From Macrostomum lignano (lineage: Eukaryota), in the NCBI GenBank assembly GCA_002269645.1, contig NIVC01001319.1, forward strand, positions 1 through 64,000: 64,000 nucleotides of DNA. The letters are read 5' to 3'. Numbering within the stretch: position 1 is the first letter of the stretch; each line of letters begins with the position of its first letter. The notes beneath the pieces were generated by a model that saw nothing but the letters and a program-made list of their open reading frames with translations, ran no database searches and had not been told where the DNA came from. Position numbers and translations under genes: made by a program. Shown here piece after piece: positions 10,341 through 22,993 of this stretch.

Positions 10341-13300
10341 TTACTCAATCAGCTTCTTGGCCTTGAAGTAGCGGCGCAGGTAGAGAACTTGCCAGGTGGC
10401 CAGGCCCAGCAGGCACAGCATGGAGAACACGGAGAAGTACAGCACTCGGGAGTGGGTGGACTCTGCGCGGGCAGTTGCGGTGACAGCAATGTTAGATTAG
10501 ATCCAGTATTGAACTTCAATGAAAACGGCACATAAATGAAATCTGAATTTGAATTTAGATCTAATTAGATTCTAGATCTACAATCTCGCCTAACTAGATC
10601 TACAATCTCACATAATTAGATCTACAATCTCGCCTAACTAGATCTACAATCTCACATAATTAGATCTACAATCTCACATAATTAGATCTAAAATCTCGCC
10701 TAACTAGATCTACAGCCTTATCTAATTAGATCTACAGATCTTACCTAAATAGATCTACAGCCTTATCTAATTAGATCTACAGATCTTACCTAAATAGATC
10801 TACAGATCTTACCTAAATAGATCTACAGATCTTACCTAAATAGATCTACAGATCTTACCGAAATAGATCTACAGATCTTACCTAAATAGATCTATAGATC
10901 TTACCTAATTAGATGTACAGATCTTACCTAATTAGATCTACAGTCTCATCTAACTAGATTTACAGATCTTACCTAAATAGATCTATAGATCTTACCTAAT
11001 TAGATGTACAGATCTTACCTAATTAGATCTACAGATCTTACCTAATTAGATCTACAGATCTTACCTAAATAGATCTACAGTCTCATCTAACTAGATTTAC
11101 AGACCTTACCTAATTATACGTACAATCTCACCTAATTAGATCTACAATCTTATCTAATTAGATCATGCTTGGGCGCAACCTTGGGATTCACTCGGCCGTT
11201 TCTATTGGCAACACACACATGTAAGTCGCTATTGGACGGAATAGTAGTCACGTGACTGCTCTCAGCCAATAGCGACTTACATGTGTGTGTTGCCAATAGA
11301 AACGGCCGGGTGATTCCCAAAGTTGCGCATGTATGTTGATCAACAGATCTCACCTAATTATATCTACAATCTCACATTAAACAAAAATCCCATCTAATGG
11401 TGATGATATTGATTAAAACAGAAATAATGTCTACAAGCTCATCTCATGCATTCTGCCAGTCCAACCCGCAAACTTGCAAGGAAGCTGTGCCTCTCACCGT
11501 TGGTGTCCCGCATGGCCTCCTCCCTGGAGCGCATGTAGGCGAAATCGTTAACAATGGATTCGCTCAGATCTTCCAAGCGCTTCAGTTCAACCTCCAGCGG
11601 CTTCAGCTTCTGAGCTTTGGCGATCTGCAGTTTAAGCATTGATTGAGTATTGTCAGTCTTGGCAGCTAATTATCAATATTCTGTTTACAAATTAGCAGCA
11701 TCTCGTAGGGTTGAAGCTGCTCGCTCACCTCGTCGTAGTTCTTGGCCTCGGCGCCGTGGCGCACGTCGACGTAGACCTCCAAATCGGCGCCGCGGCCGCC
11801 GCCCTCCATGTGCGATTCGAAGCAGACGTCAAACAGGTCGTACTCGTCAGAGTTGAAGGCAAATTTGCCCTCGCCTTTGGCGTTGTCCTTGTTGAAGAAC
11901 ACGTGCTTCTTGGAGTCGGTAACCTACATTTGAGAGATTGTTAATCATTAACATCTGGGTTTTCAAGCGTCAGAATCACAGTGCCATTTGGCATCCTTGG
12001 TCCAAATTCAGGGTGCTGGCTGGCACTAGTAGAAAAATTACAATACCTCCTACTCTACCCTGTACACTGCTGAGCCTCTCTGACCTACAGAAGCTGTGCA
12101 GGTGTTTACCCAAAATTGATAATCAATAGAAGTTTTGAAATCCGAAGAATCTTAACAATTATTAAATTATTGATACTTTAAAGAACTACGAATTACAGAA
12201 AAGATTGTTGAACTCAACTAAATTACATCTGGCTTAGAAACAATGTATTGTTAATTCGGCATCTGGGGTATAAATTCAGGATGCCAAAACTAAAGCTTCC
12301 TATTCCTAATAAGATTAACAATTCATCCCTATAAAAAGAAGACCAAGACTTATGATATTATAGAACTAATGAAGCATATACTCATATACCTTTGTTGGAG
12401 CAAATCGAAAATTGTATATAAAAGTACTAGTATATAAGCAAAATTTGATACTAGGCAAAAAACTACACCTTTTTACCTTTGGCTTTGTATTGCTTATTGG
12501 CAACAAACATTTGTTGTGTTTTGATGTTACTGTTTTGTTGTTTACTGTTTCTAGTGGCAACATACACACATGTAAGTCACTATTGGTGACTCAGAATAGT
12601 AGTCACGTGATTGCTCTCAGCCAATAGCAACTTACATGTGTGTTGCCACTAGAAATGGCTAGGTGATTCCCAAGGTTGCGCATGTATGGACTTATCACTG
12701 ATATGACTGGTACCCTTCTATAGAACCTATATATATTCTTAGATTTTTATATTATATTATGCAATGTAATCAAAAAACTATATAATCTAAATCCATTTTG
12801 CGGATGGTGGGGTGTATGCCGGAAAATTCTGGCGTACACTTGATTTCCGTGGTGTACACCAGCGTACATTTCTTGGCTGTGTACAATGTGGCATACAGTG
12901 TGGTGTATGGCAACTGGCGTAGAAATCAGTGCTGGGCAAGTTAGTCAATTTTTTTAACTTGTTAAAAGTTAAAAAGTTAATTTAATTGCTCCAAAAAATT
13001 AACTGTAACTAGTTAATTATTTATTAACTAGAATATCCGGAATATTCTATACATAATAACTTGTAACTGAAATATATACATGTAATAGTTTGTGACGTGT
13101 TAAATAATGCTAAGAAAGGTGAAGTTATTTTATGTATGTATTAATTTTACTTTATAATGGCATACAAGCTGCTGAAACTGCAGATTTTGAACCCGGTGAA
13201 CTCCATTTCCTGGAATTATTAAATTTTGTCATTTAACTTTAACTTACAGAAAAAAATTAACAATTTTTGTTAACTAGTTAATGCAATTAATTCATTAATT

Positions 13301-13717
13301 AACTAATTAATGAAATTCAAAAAACAAAAGTCAAAATAAATCATAATGTCATTGTAGCATATGCCAATCGAACTGTTCTAGTTGCCTTTTTTAATATGAT
13401 TATGAGCATGTCTTGAAAAGTTTGAGACAAATGACATCATGCATTTATTCTTTGATTCTATCTAAGCCATTTAATTCTTATATGTAACATATAAAACAAA
13501 ACAAAATGGTTTTTTGCAAATTAATTTTTACCTTGATTGTAACCTTCTGATTAGGATCATCACTGATAGAATAATCTCCTTTTACCAGAACGTTTTTATG
13601 AATTTCCTCACGAAAACATTTCTTTGCATTTGATGGTAGATGGAACCTAAGAGAGAAAACTTGGTCCACCGCAAAAAGAAGCAGAATTGAGGAAATAAAA
13701 AGTAAGGGCGATTTCAT
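10341..13717 (-). CDS. TMED10: p24-delta / transmembrane emp24 domain protein 10 (209 aa)
   Basis: Exons 13717-13532, 11923-11729, 11624-11498, 10462-10341, all GT-AG and phase-consistent. Signal peptide, GOLD domain ([17 protein letters not shown]...[17 protein letters not shown]), coiled coil ([25 protein letters not shown]), TM segment and [11 protein letters not shown] tail. Confidence 0.96.
10555..11160. repeat. Intronic ~22-23-bp minisatellite (TAGATCTACAGATCTTACCTAAA family)
   Basis: Tandem AGATCT-rich units in TMED10 intron 3; resumes briefly at ~11343-11375 after the MITE. Confidence 0.9.
11164..11335. mobile_element. Palindromic (fold-back) MITE, copy 1
   Basis: ~60-bp inverted arms GCGCAACC...GTCGCTATTGG / CCAATAGCGAC...GTTGCGC around a central GTCACGTGAC. 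Confidence 0.8.
12548..12688. mobile_element. Palindromic MITE, copy 2 (left-truncated, CpG-decayed)
   Basis: Aligns with 11200-11335 in the same orientation, in TMED10 intron 1. Confidence 0.75.
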
Positions 13718-15275
13718 GATCGAATACTTAGGGAGAAGTGGATTAGCAGAAACTTTTAACACTGTCGAATACCGCAAAAGGTCATAAAAGTGACGATATA
13801 ATTAAAAATATATGCACACGTCAAACTGGATATGTTTAAATAAAAAAATTAACGAAATCTGATTTGCTTTTTGAAATTCCATACGGTGTTTTTTTACAAT
13901 AATATAATTTTAATGCAATGCAAATAAGGCTTTTAGCTGTAGTCCTTATTTAAAATTTAATTAATTTGTTTAAGTGTTAAATGTTTTCAAATAAAAAGTT
14001 ACCGATCGTCCAATTGTAAAAATCGTAGCCTATATTTTCTATTTTCTTTGATTCTTTTAAAAATCAGGATTTATCTAGTGACCACGGAAAATTAAATATA
14101 TAGTTTTTGCTGACATTCAGACGCATATTTTTACAAATAAAATTAGCGCTAGGACTTCATAGAGTCGTCTACAAATTACACTCAATTGTCCGTCGTTGCT
14201 TGAAGTAACGGATCGACCAGTTTTTTATTAACGTGACAAGGATTGACTTTTGGATCTATTGAAATTAAACTGTATTTGTAAATTCTAAAGCTGATTCATG
14301 TCATTTATGTAAAATTGAGTCGTTCTCGGGTGAATACGAAGCTTTAGTTAACAAATATATATGACATTCAGCAAGACTTACTGTACTTTCTGATCTCCCA
14401 TCTAATCAAACCATGAAAATAGGAAAAGTTAGTACTATAATTAGTACTAGCTGCACGTGCAGTACATGCTTTTTGCTCCTAATAGGGGATGTCAAGTTAA
14501 GCGCGCCTGCAATTAATCGACGATAATTCTTAATTGTCGGACCAAACTATAGTGATTTATAGCTAGATCGAGAGTAACGATCGGCGCTATGCTTCTGTTT
14601 TTACATGTATTGCACACTGCACGTATCTAAACTAGTTATCGATCGATCGTGTAAGATCCTACAAGATTTTTCCAAGAATTATCAAAAGATAGCTCCTAGG
14701 GCAGTTATAGAAACTAGCTACATGTACATTCCCGCTCAGGCAGATTCTAGCGAGTTCTTTGGGGGTCATACAGTGTAGCAGTTGTACACTGTAGCTCGTA
14801 CATGTACTTCAACAGCAGAAAATTCCGTTAAAGTATGAACCGGAGCTTCAAAATAAAGCTTTAAAGTGAACCTACATGTGTAAAACCATGTAAGGTGATC
14901 GCATGAAAATCCACATCCACATGTACTCCATAGGTTCCGACGAAGCATATGCTCATGGTACATGTACACACATAGAAGACAAATTAAATGATAAATAATT
15001 CATCCATGATTCAAGGTAAAGAGCGCATGTGTGCAGCTTAAACCTATTTTTGCGTTATCTTAGTAAAATAGTTAACTGTAAACAATACACAAGGCCGAAA
15101 TCAACAACTAAAGGTTTTGCATCTGCAGTTCTTAGTTCTCTGTAGATATAACGGACTACAGACTGCAATCGATTATTAAGTCCATGCTATGACACATTTA
15201 CAAGCAACGATATATATCTGAGGCAAAATTCAGATCCAGTCCACTCAAAGCTCCCAAAATATACTGCAAATCAAC

Positions 15276-18200
15276 TCAATCGCTCTCATTCTCAATCCGC
15301 CGGTCGCTTTGGTTGCTCGAACTGGGGCTGCTTCTGCCAGTATTGCTGCTCCTAGCAGAAGAAACTGAAGACCGATCTGACTTGTTATCCTGAGCAGCTT
15401 CATTGTCGGATTGATTTTCATGCTCATCGGCATCGCTGGCCGGTCTGCCTGCCGCCTGTCTGTCATCGTCACGCCGGATGCAGTCGTGGACGGCCGCCCT
15501 GGAGCCGGGGGTGGCGGACAGGTAGGCCGAGCAGGACATCGCCATGGAGCGGCGGCTCTGCCGACCGTCTGCTGCCGACTTTTGTCGACGACTGTCTTGC
15601 CGGCTGTCCAAGCAGCGGCGGCACTCGTCGGCGGCGCTGGCGTAGTCGACGTCGCGACGGCGGCTGGCGCGAGCGGAGCGGCTGGCTTTGATGCGGGACC
15701 TGCAGAGCGGTTTGGGCGGTGAGATTTCTCAATTTGTTGGCCAAAGCTGCTGGCAAAGAGGCGCTCGAGGGCTGTGGGGGCGCTGCCCCGTTTCCTTGTT
15801 AGTGAGAATTGTGCCATTTGTTAGTCAGGCTTGTGCCAGTTGTTGTTAGTCAGAAATGTGCCAGTTGTTGTTAGTCAGAAATGTGCCAGTTGTTGTTAGT
15901 CAGAAATGTGCCAGTTGTTGTTAGTCAGAAATGTGCCAGTTGTTGTTAGTCAGAAATGTGCCAGTTGTTGTTAGTCAGAAATGTGCCAGTTGTTGTTAGT
16001 CAGAAATGTGCCAGTTGTTGTTAGTCAGGCTTGTGCCAGTTGTTGTTAGTCAGAAATGTGCCAATTGTTGTTAGTCAGAAATGTGCCAATTGTTGTTAGT
16101 CAGAAATGTGCCTGTTGTTGTTAGTCAGGCTTGTGCCAATTGTTGTTAGTCAGAAATGTGCCTGTTGTTGTTAGTCAGAAATGTGCCAATTGTTGTTAGT
16201 CAGAAATGTGCCAATTGTTGTTAGTCAGAAATGTGCCAATTGTTGTTAGTCAGAAATGTGCCAATTGTTGTTAGTCAGAAATGTGCCAGTTGTTGTTAGT
16301 CAGGCTTGTGCCAATTGTTGTTAGTCAGAAATGTGCCTGTTGTTGTTAGTCAGAAATGTGCCAGTTGTTGTTAGTCAGTAGTGCCAGCTATTAGCATTGC
16401 AAACCTAATCTCAGGCAGCTGGTTGAAGAACACGGGCTCGCGACTGTACTCTGTGGGTTTTTTTCCGCTCTGCCTGGTGTACTCGCGGTCACCTTGACGA
16501 CTGGCCGCGGCTTCTCGCTGCTGCTGGCGACCTCTCGACGAAGCCGAAGCTTCTCTGCGATCTCCCAGCGGACTGTTGGCGCCGCGGTGGCCCCGGCTCT
16601 GACGGCTCTGCGACGGCCTTGGATGATGACTGCGAAGAGTCGGGAAGGTGCGGAGACGTTTTTATGATTGAAATCATGGTGACAGATTTGTTGCCAGCGA
16701 AGAGGCAAGCAGTCACCAGCATAAAACTCAGCTCAGCAGCATAGCACTCAGCTCACCAGCATAAAACACAGCTCAGCAGCATAGCACTCAGCTCAGCAGC
16801 ATAGCACTCAGCTCACCAGCATAGCACTCAGCTCACCAGCATAAAACTCAGCTCACCAGCATAACACTCACTGGTTATTCCGCTTCACTCGGCGGGCCGG
16901 CTTCGCCAAGGCCAAGTCGTCCCACGGATCAACCAGCGCCCCTGAGGTGCCCCTGAACACCGGCTGGTAGCGATCGCCTCTGTCCTGGAGTTACCAAAGT
17001 ACAAGTAAGGCACTGTACGGCTTAGAGCATAACACTCAATCAAAAACATCCGGTATGGACGGGCACGCACCTTTTTCAAGTTCGCATCGATAATCCTGGT
17101 GTCTGAGTAAATGTAGGAAGCGGAGTAGGTGTCAGCGGTAAGCAGCTTCGGATATCTGAATAATTCAGGCCGGAGTTCAAGATTATCAGGGAGAGGTTTA
17201 GTGAAGTTAAGTGCTCATGGTCCCCTTTTTAGGTGTCAGTGGCGCAATTTTGTGCTATCAGTTACGTCATTTTGTGCTATCAGTTACGTCATGTTGTGCT
17301 ATCAGTTACGTCATATTGTGCTATCAGTTACGTCATTTAGTGCTACCAGTTACGTCATTTTGTGCTATCAGTTACGTCATTTAGTGCTACCAGTTACGTC
17401 ATATTGTGCTATCAGTTACGTCATATTGTGCTATCAGTTACGTTATTTAGTGCTACCAGTTACGTCATATTGTGCTATCAGTTACGTCATTTAGTGCTAC
17501 CAGTTACGTCATTTAGTGCTACCAGTTACGTCATATTGTGCTATCAGTTACGTCATTTTGTGCTATCAGTTACGTCATATTGTGCTATCAGTTACGTCAT
17601 TTAGTGCTATCAGTTACGTCATTTAGTGCTATCAGTTACGTCATTTAGTGCTATCAGTTACGTCATTTTGTCATTACGTCATTACGTCGTTTTGTGGTAG
17701 CAGTGACGCCAGTTTTTGGTATCAGTGGCGCTATTATGTGGTATTAGTGGTGCTGTTTTGAGGCGTCAAAAGCGCCACCTGAGACCCGGAGGGAACCAGC
17801 GAGCGATACAACAGACAGGTCAGAACCCCGAACCTCAAGCACTGGGGCAGTCCGCGACTCTCCCGCCTGTGCTTAACCGTCAGAGTCTTCAAAGCGCGGC
17901 TCCTGGCAGTGAGCAGCTCCGCTCTGGCCTGCTTGAGCTGATGGGCATAGGCCTTGGCTGCGATGGGCGAACAGAGGGCGAGGGTGAAACAAGCGATTAT
18001 CAGCCCTCGAATGAACCGCTAGTCTGCCACGCGGACTCACCTTCTCGACCTTCGACTGTCTGCTCACGATTCGACCTTTCAGCGCTTCTCCGCGTCCTGC
18101 CGCTGCGGCTGTGGCTGCGATTTTTGCTTCTTCTGTCGCTTTTTCTGGTACTGCTGCTGCTGCTGCTGCTGCTGCTGCCGCGACTTCTTCCGCTCTTGTT

Positions 18201-18953
18201 GCGACTCGAGAAGCGAGCACTTTGAGCACGGGTTTTCTTTTCTCTATTGGCAGCTGCATCTTCGCCATGAGCGGAAGAACGCTGGTCCTCAGTCTGCTTC
18301 AGTTTCCGCTGCTGACTCAGCGGGCGCTGCTGGTGCGTGGCGACTGCTTTCTGTTGCTTCTGCTGCTGCCCGGCCTTTGAAGCCTGCGGAGCAACCTGCG
18401 CCTGTCTGGCGCGCCTGCCTGGCGACTTCCCAGACACTGACACTGTCTTATTCGACTTTGTCGCTGCGCCATCCAGCTGGCCGGACCTCTTGGGCGGTGA
18501 GTACATGTACACCAGCGGGCGGGCGCCGCTTCTCAGCGAGACGGAGCTGCTGAAGGCGCTGCTGCCGCCGCCGCGGCTCTCCTGCTCGAAGTTCGGCTTC
18601 TGTTGAGCTTGAGAGCCGACTGCTTCCTGCTCAGCTCTACTTTCACCGTTTGCCGACTGTTGACTTCCATCATTTCCTATCCGGTTATCGCTAGAGCTTT
18701 GTCTGATCTTGCCGCCAACTGGGCTGCTGGACTCATTCTCTTTGACCTCGGCAGCGGCTCTGGTTTCGGTTTGGTCCTCGCTGCTGCTAACAGTTTCTTT
18801 CGTTATGGTGGCCTCGCTGCCGCCGCCGCTGCTGCTACGTCGATCCGCGCTTTTCAAGCTGCTGCTGCTCTCGCTGGTGTTTGACATTGACGAGTCATTC
18901 GGCTTGGCGTCCGTTGGCGACGGCGAGGACGCCGCTTCGTTATTAGCAGGCAT
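15276..18953 (-). CDS. Hypothetical low-complexity S/R/Q-rich protein, six exons
   Basis: GC-rich exons 18953-18041, 17957-~17840/17877, 17102-17071, 16984-16872, 16629-16405, 15699-15276. The last four join in frame through GT-AG sites; the exon 2/3 junction is uncertain. No recognisable domain. Confidence 0.55.
15818..16387. repeat. 25-bp intronic minisatellite (TGTTGTTAGTCAGAAATGTGCCAGT), ~22 copies
   Basis: Direct period-25 repetition. Confidence 0.95.
16720..16871. repeat. 17/20-bp intronic minisatellite (CAGCATAGCACTCAGCT / CACCAGCATAAAACTCAGCT)
   Basis: Tandem units starting at the splice donor of the minus-strand gene. Confidence 0.9.
17250..17685. repeat. 22-bp intronic minisatellite (GTGCTATCAGTTACGTCATTTA), ~20 copies
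   Basis: Direct repetition. Confidence 0.95.
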
Positions 18954-19557
18954 TGCTTGGCCAGGTTAGCCGCTAGCGCACCGGCCGCCATACACATTGG
19001 CCGCTCATATTTAGCAGCTCACAAATTAGAGGCAGACTGGGAAAACACAGCAACGACCCCCCCCCCCCCCCCCCCGGCTGTCTCTTGGCTACCAAACCGG
19101 CAGCTGTACTCTCGTAAGAAGCCGAAAACAAGAGACGAAAGACGAGATGAGCAGCGGCTATTGTAACCACGACAGGCGGTGGACTTCATGCAAGCAGTGG
19201 CTCTGTTCTATTCTTTCTGTTCAAGCCGTATGGCTGCTAATACTGTAGGACTTTAAAAATAGAAATTACATTAATAAAGCCCTGCCTTCTTTCGCTGGCA
19301 AATGGCGCAAGTGTGCACTGTGAAGTGTAGGCTCTTCCATGCAATAATTGAGTGAGTGGGCATCAGTACTAGAAATTAAATGCAGTTGAAATGGAGACTT
19401 GCACTCCAAATAGGGCGCTGCTGCATAGGTCTGATCCATAGCCCTGCCTTGAGAACAGATAATTATTCTACTATGAGAAGCTCGAGCCAAACTTGTCTCC
19501 ATGACAACCCTAATCTAATAAGCTAGGGAGCATACATTAACAGAAATATCACTGGCA

Positions 19558-21680
19558 GCACATCACTGACAGACAAATCAGACAGACACATCACTGACAG
19601 ACATCACTGACAGACAAATCAGACAGACACATCACTGACAGACACATCAGACAGACGCATCACTGACAGACACATCACTGACAGGCACATCACTGACAGG
19701 CACATCACTGACAGACACATCAGACAGACACATCAGACAGACACATCACTGACAGACACATCAGACAGACACATCACTGACAGACACATCAGACAGACAC
19801 ATCAGACAGACACATCAGACAGACACATCAGACAGACACATCAGACAGACACATCACTGACAGACACATCACTGACAGACACATCAGACAGACACATCAG
19901 ACAGACACATCACTGACAGACAAATCAGACAGACACATCAGACAGACACATCACTGACAGACAAATCAGACAGACACATCACTGACAGACACATCACTGA
20001 CAGACACATCAGACAGACACATCAGACAGACACATCACTGACAGACACATCACTGACAGACACATCACTGACAGACGCATCACTGACAGACAAATCAGAC
20101 AGACACATCACTGACAGACATCACTGACAGACAAATCAGACAGACACATCACTGACAGACACATCAGACAGACGCATCACTGACAGACACATCACTGACA
20201 GGCACATCACTGACAGGCACATCACTGACAGACACATCACTGACAGACACATCAGACAGACACATCAGACAGACACATCAGACAGACACATCACTGACAG
20301 ACACATCACTGACAGACACATCAGACAGACACATCAGACAGACACATCACTGACAGACAAATCAGACAGACACATCAGACAGACACATCACTGACAGACA
20401 AATCAGACAGACACATCACTGACAGACACATCACTGACAGACACATCAGACAGACACATCAGACAGACACATCACTGACAGACACATCACTGACAGACGC
20501 ATCACTGACAGACAAATCAGACAGACACATCACTGACAGACAAATCAGACAGACACATCACTGACAGACACATCACTGACAGACACATCAGACAGACACA
20601 TCACTGACAGACATCACTGACAGACGCATCACTGACAGACAAATCAGACAGACACATCACTGACAGACAAATCACTGACAAACACATCACTGACAGACAT
20701 CACTGACAGACACATCACTGGCAGACAAATCAGACAGACACATCACTGACAGACAAATCACTGACAGACATCACTGACAGACAAATCACTGACAAACACA
20801 TCACTGACAGACATCACTGACAGACACATCACTGACAGACAAATCAGACAGACACATCACTGACAGACAAATCACTGACAAACACATCACTGACAGACAT
20901 CACTGACAGACACATCACTGACAGACACATCACTGACAGACAAATCACTGACAGACATCACTGACAGACAAATCACTGACAAACACATCACTGACAGACA
21001 TCACTGACAGACACATCACTGACAGACACATCACTGACAGACAAATCACTGACAGACATCACTGACAGACAAATCACTGACAGACATCACTGACAGACAA
21101 ATCACTGACAAACACATCACTGACAGACATCACTGACAGACACATCACTGACAGACAAATCAGACAGACACATCACTGACAGACAAATCACTGACAGACA
21201 AATCAGACAGACAAATCAGACAGACACATCACTGACAGACAAATCAGACAGACACATCACTGACAGACACATCACTGACAGACACATCAGACAGACACAT
21301 CAGACAGACACATCACTGACAGACACATCACTGACAGACACATCACTGACAGACACATCACTGACAGACACATCACTGACAGACAATTCACTGACAGACA
21401 TCACTGACAGACGCATCACTGACAGACAAATCAGACAGACACATCACTGACAGACAAATCAGACAGACACATCACTGACAGACACATCACTGACAAACAC
21501 ATCAGACAGACACATCAGACAGACACATCACTGACAGACACATCACTGACAGACACATCACTGACAGACATCACTGACAGACGCATCACTGACAGACAAA
21601 TCAGACAGACACATCACTGACAGACAAATCACTGACAAACACATCACTGACAGACAAATCAGACAGACACATCACTGACA
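19558..21680. repeat. 2.1-kb satellite of 15-bp CATCACTGACAGACA and 13-bp CATCAGACAGACA units
   Basis: Continuous mixed array. Confidence 0.97.
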
Positions 21681-22439
21681 ATGTAAAAAGAACAAACCCG
21701 TGAAGCAGTCAGTATCTTAATTTATGACTTGAGACTGAGTTTCACAGTCCGTACAAAAGCATTACCTTACCTTAATTAACATAAGCTTGTAAGGAAACAT
21801 CTGCACTATTAAAATATGTCAATATTATTTTAGAAAAACTTCAGATTCAATTCAAAACAAGATTAAAAAAAATTAATTATAGGCTTGTATTAAACAGAAA
21901 GTGGCCAAGAAGATCAGAGGATGAAAAAGGATAACAGGACATTGGGAAGAATTTTACCAAGAGCTGCAAAAATATTTTCCCACATTACTCCCACGCTGAC
22001 ATCCCAACTCATGGGGGGGGGGGAATACGGTAGTCTTCCCGGCAGTTTACCGCGTGGATTGAGTAGAGAAATGCAATTAATAATGTGTCGCCTCGTATAA
22101 AATAGAGTTAACTATAATTAATAAGGCATTGAGTCCTGATTAATACTATGACTGGCAGCGGAGCGAATAGCCGGGTTTAAACAGAGATTAACCGTAGAAA
22201 AATGGAAGCTTTATTAGAGTTGCTAAGTGTACGACCGTATCGTATCAGCTATCATCAAGATTAAGTAAAACAGCAGTGAACTACGAGTGTTCAGCACGAA
22301 ATTATGGTCGGTAAAAAATCAGAATTTCGAGACGCTAGCCTAACCCGATACTGGAACATGGACTACTGACTCCAATCCATGGAATAGCAGCGCCAATCCA
22401 GATACTTATGCATTTATAGCACCTTGAAAATACCAATAG

Positions 22440-22812
22440 AGTCCAAGGACTACCAATTAAGTTTAGGGACTACCAATCGAGTTCAGGGACTATCAATGGA
22501 GTTCAGGGACTACCAATCGAGTTCAGGGACTACCAATCAAGTCCAAGGACTACCAATCAAGTCCGAGGACTACCGATCAAGCCCAAGGACAACCAATCAA
22601 GTCCAGGGACTACCAATCAAGTGTAGGGACTACCTATTGAATCCAAGGACAACAAATCAAGTCTAGGGACTATCAATCGAGACCAGGGACTACCAATCGA
22701 GCCCAGGGACTACCTATTGAGTCCAAGGACTACAAATCAAGTCTAGGGACTACCAATGAGACCAGGGACCACCAGTTAAATCCAGGGACTACCAATCAAG
22801 TCCAGGTATTAC
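22440..22812. repeat. 20-bp minisatellite (GGGACTACCAATCGAGTTCA family)
   Basis: Degenerate tandem units downstream of 4E-BP. Confidence 0.9.
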
Positions 22813-22993
22813 CGCTCCACTTCAGAGGGCTTTCCAATATTTGAATTTCTGAACTACGAATTCATCAAGTTCAGGGACTATCAATTCAATCCGTGGTTAG
22901 AAACCCAATGAAAGCAAAAATTTCCCGAAGTCAACTGGAAAATCTGCATGTTAAAAAAAGCAGTCAACAGGGAGTCAACGAGATTATCCAGGG

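Noticed and set aside
12925-13030. CAGTGCTGGGCAAGTTA, resembling a hAT-type terminus
   Set aside because: No matching opposite end or TSD found
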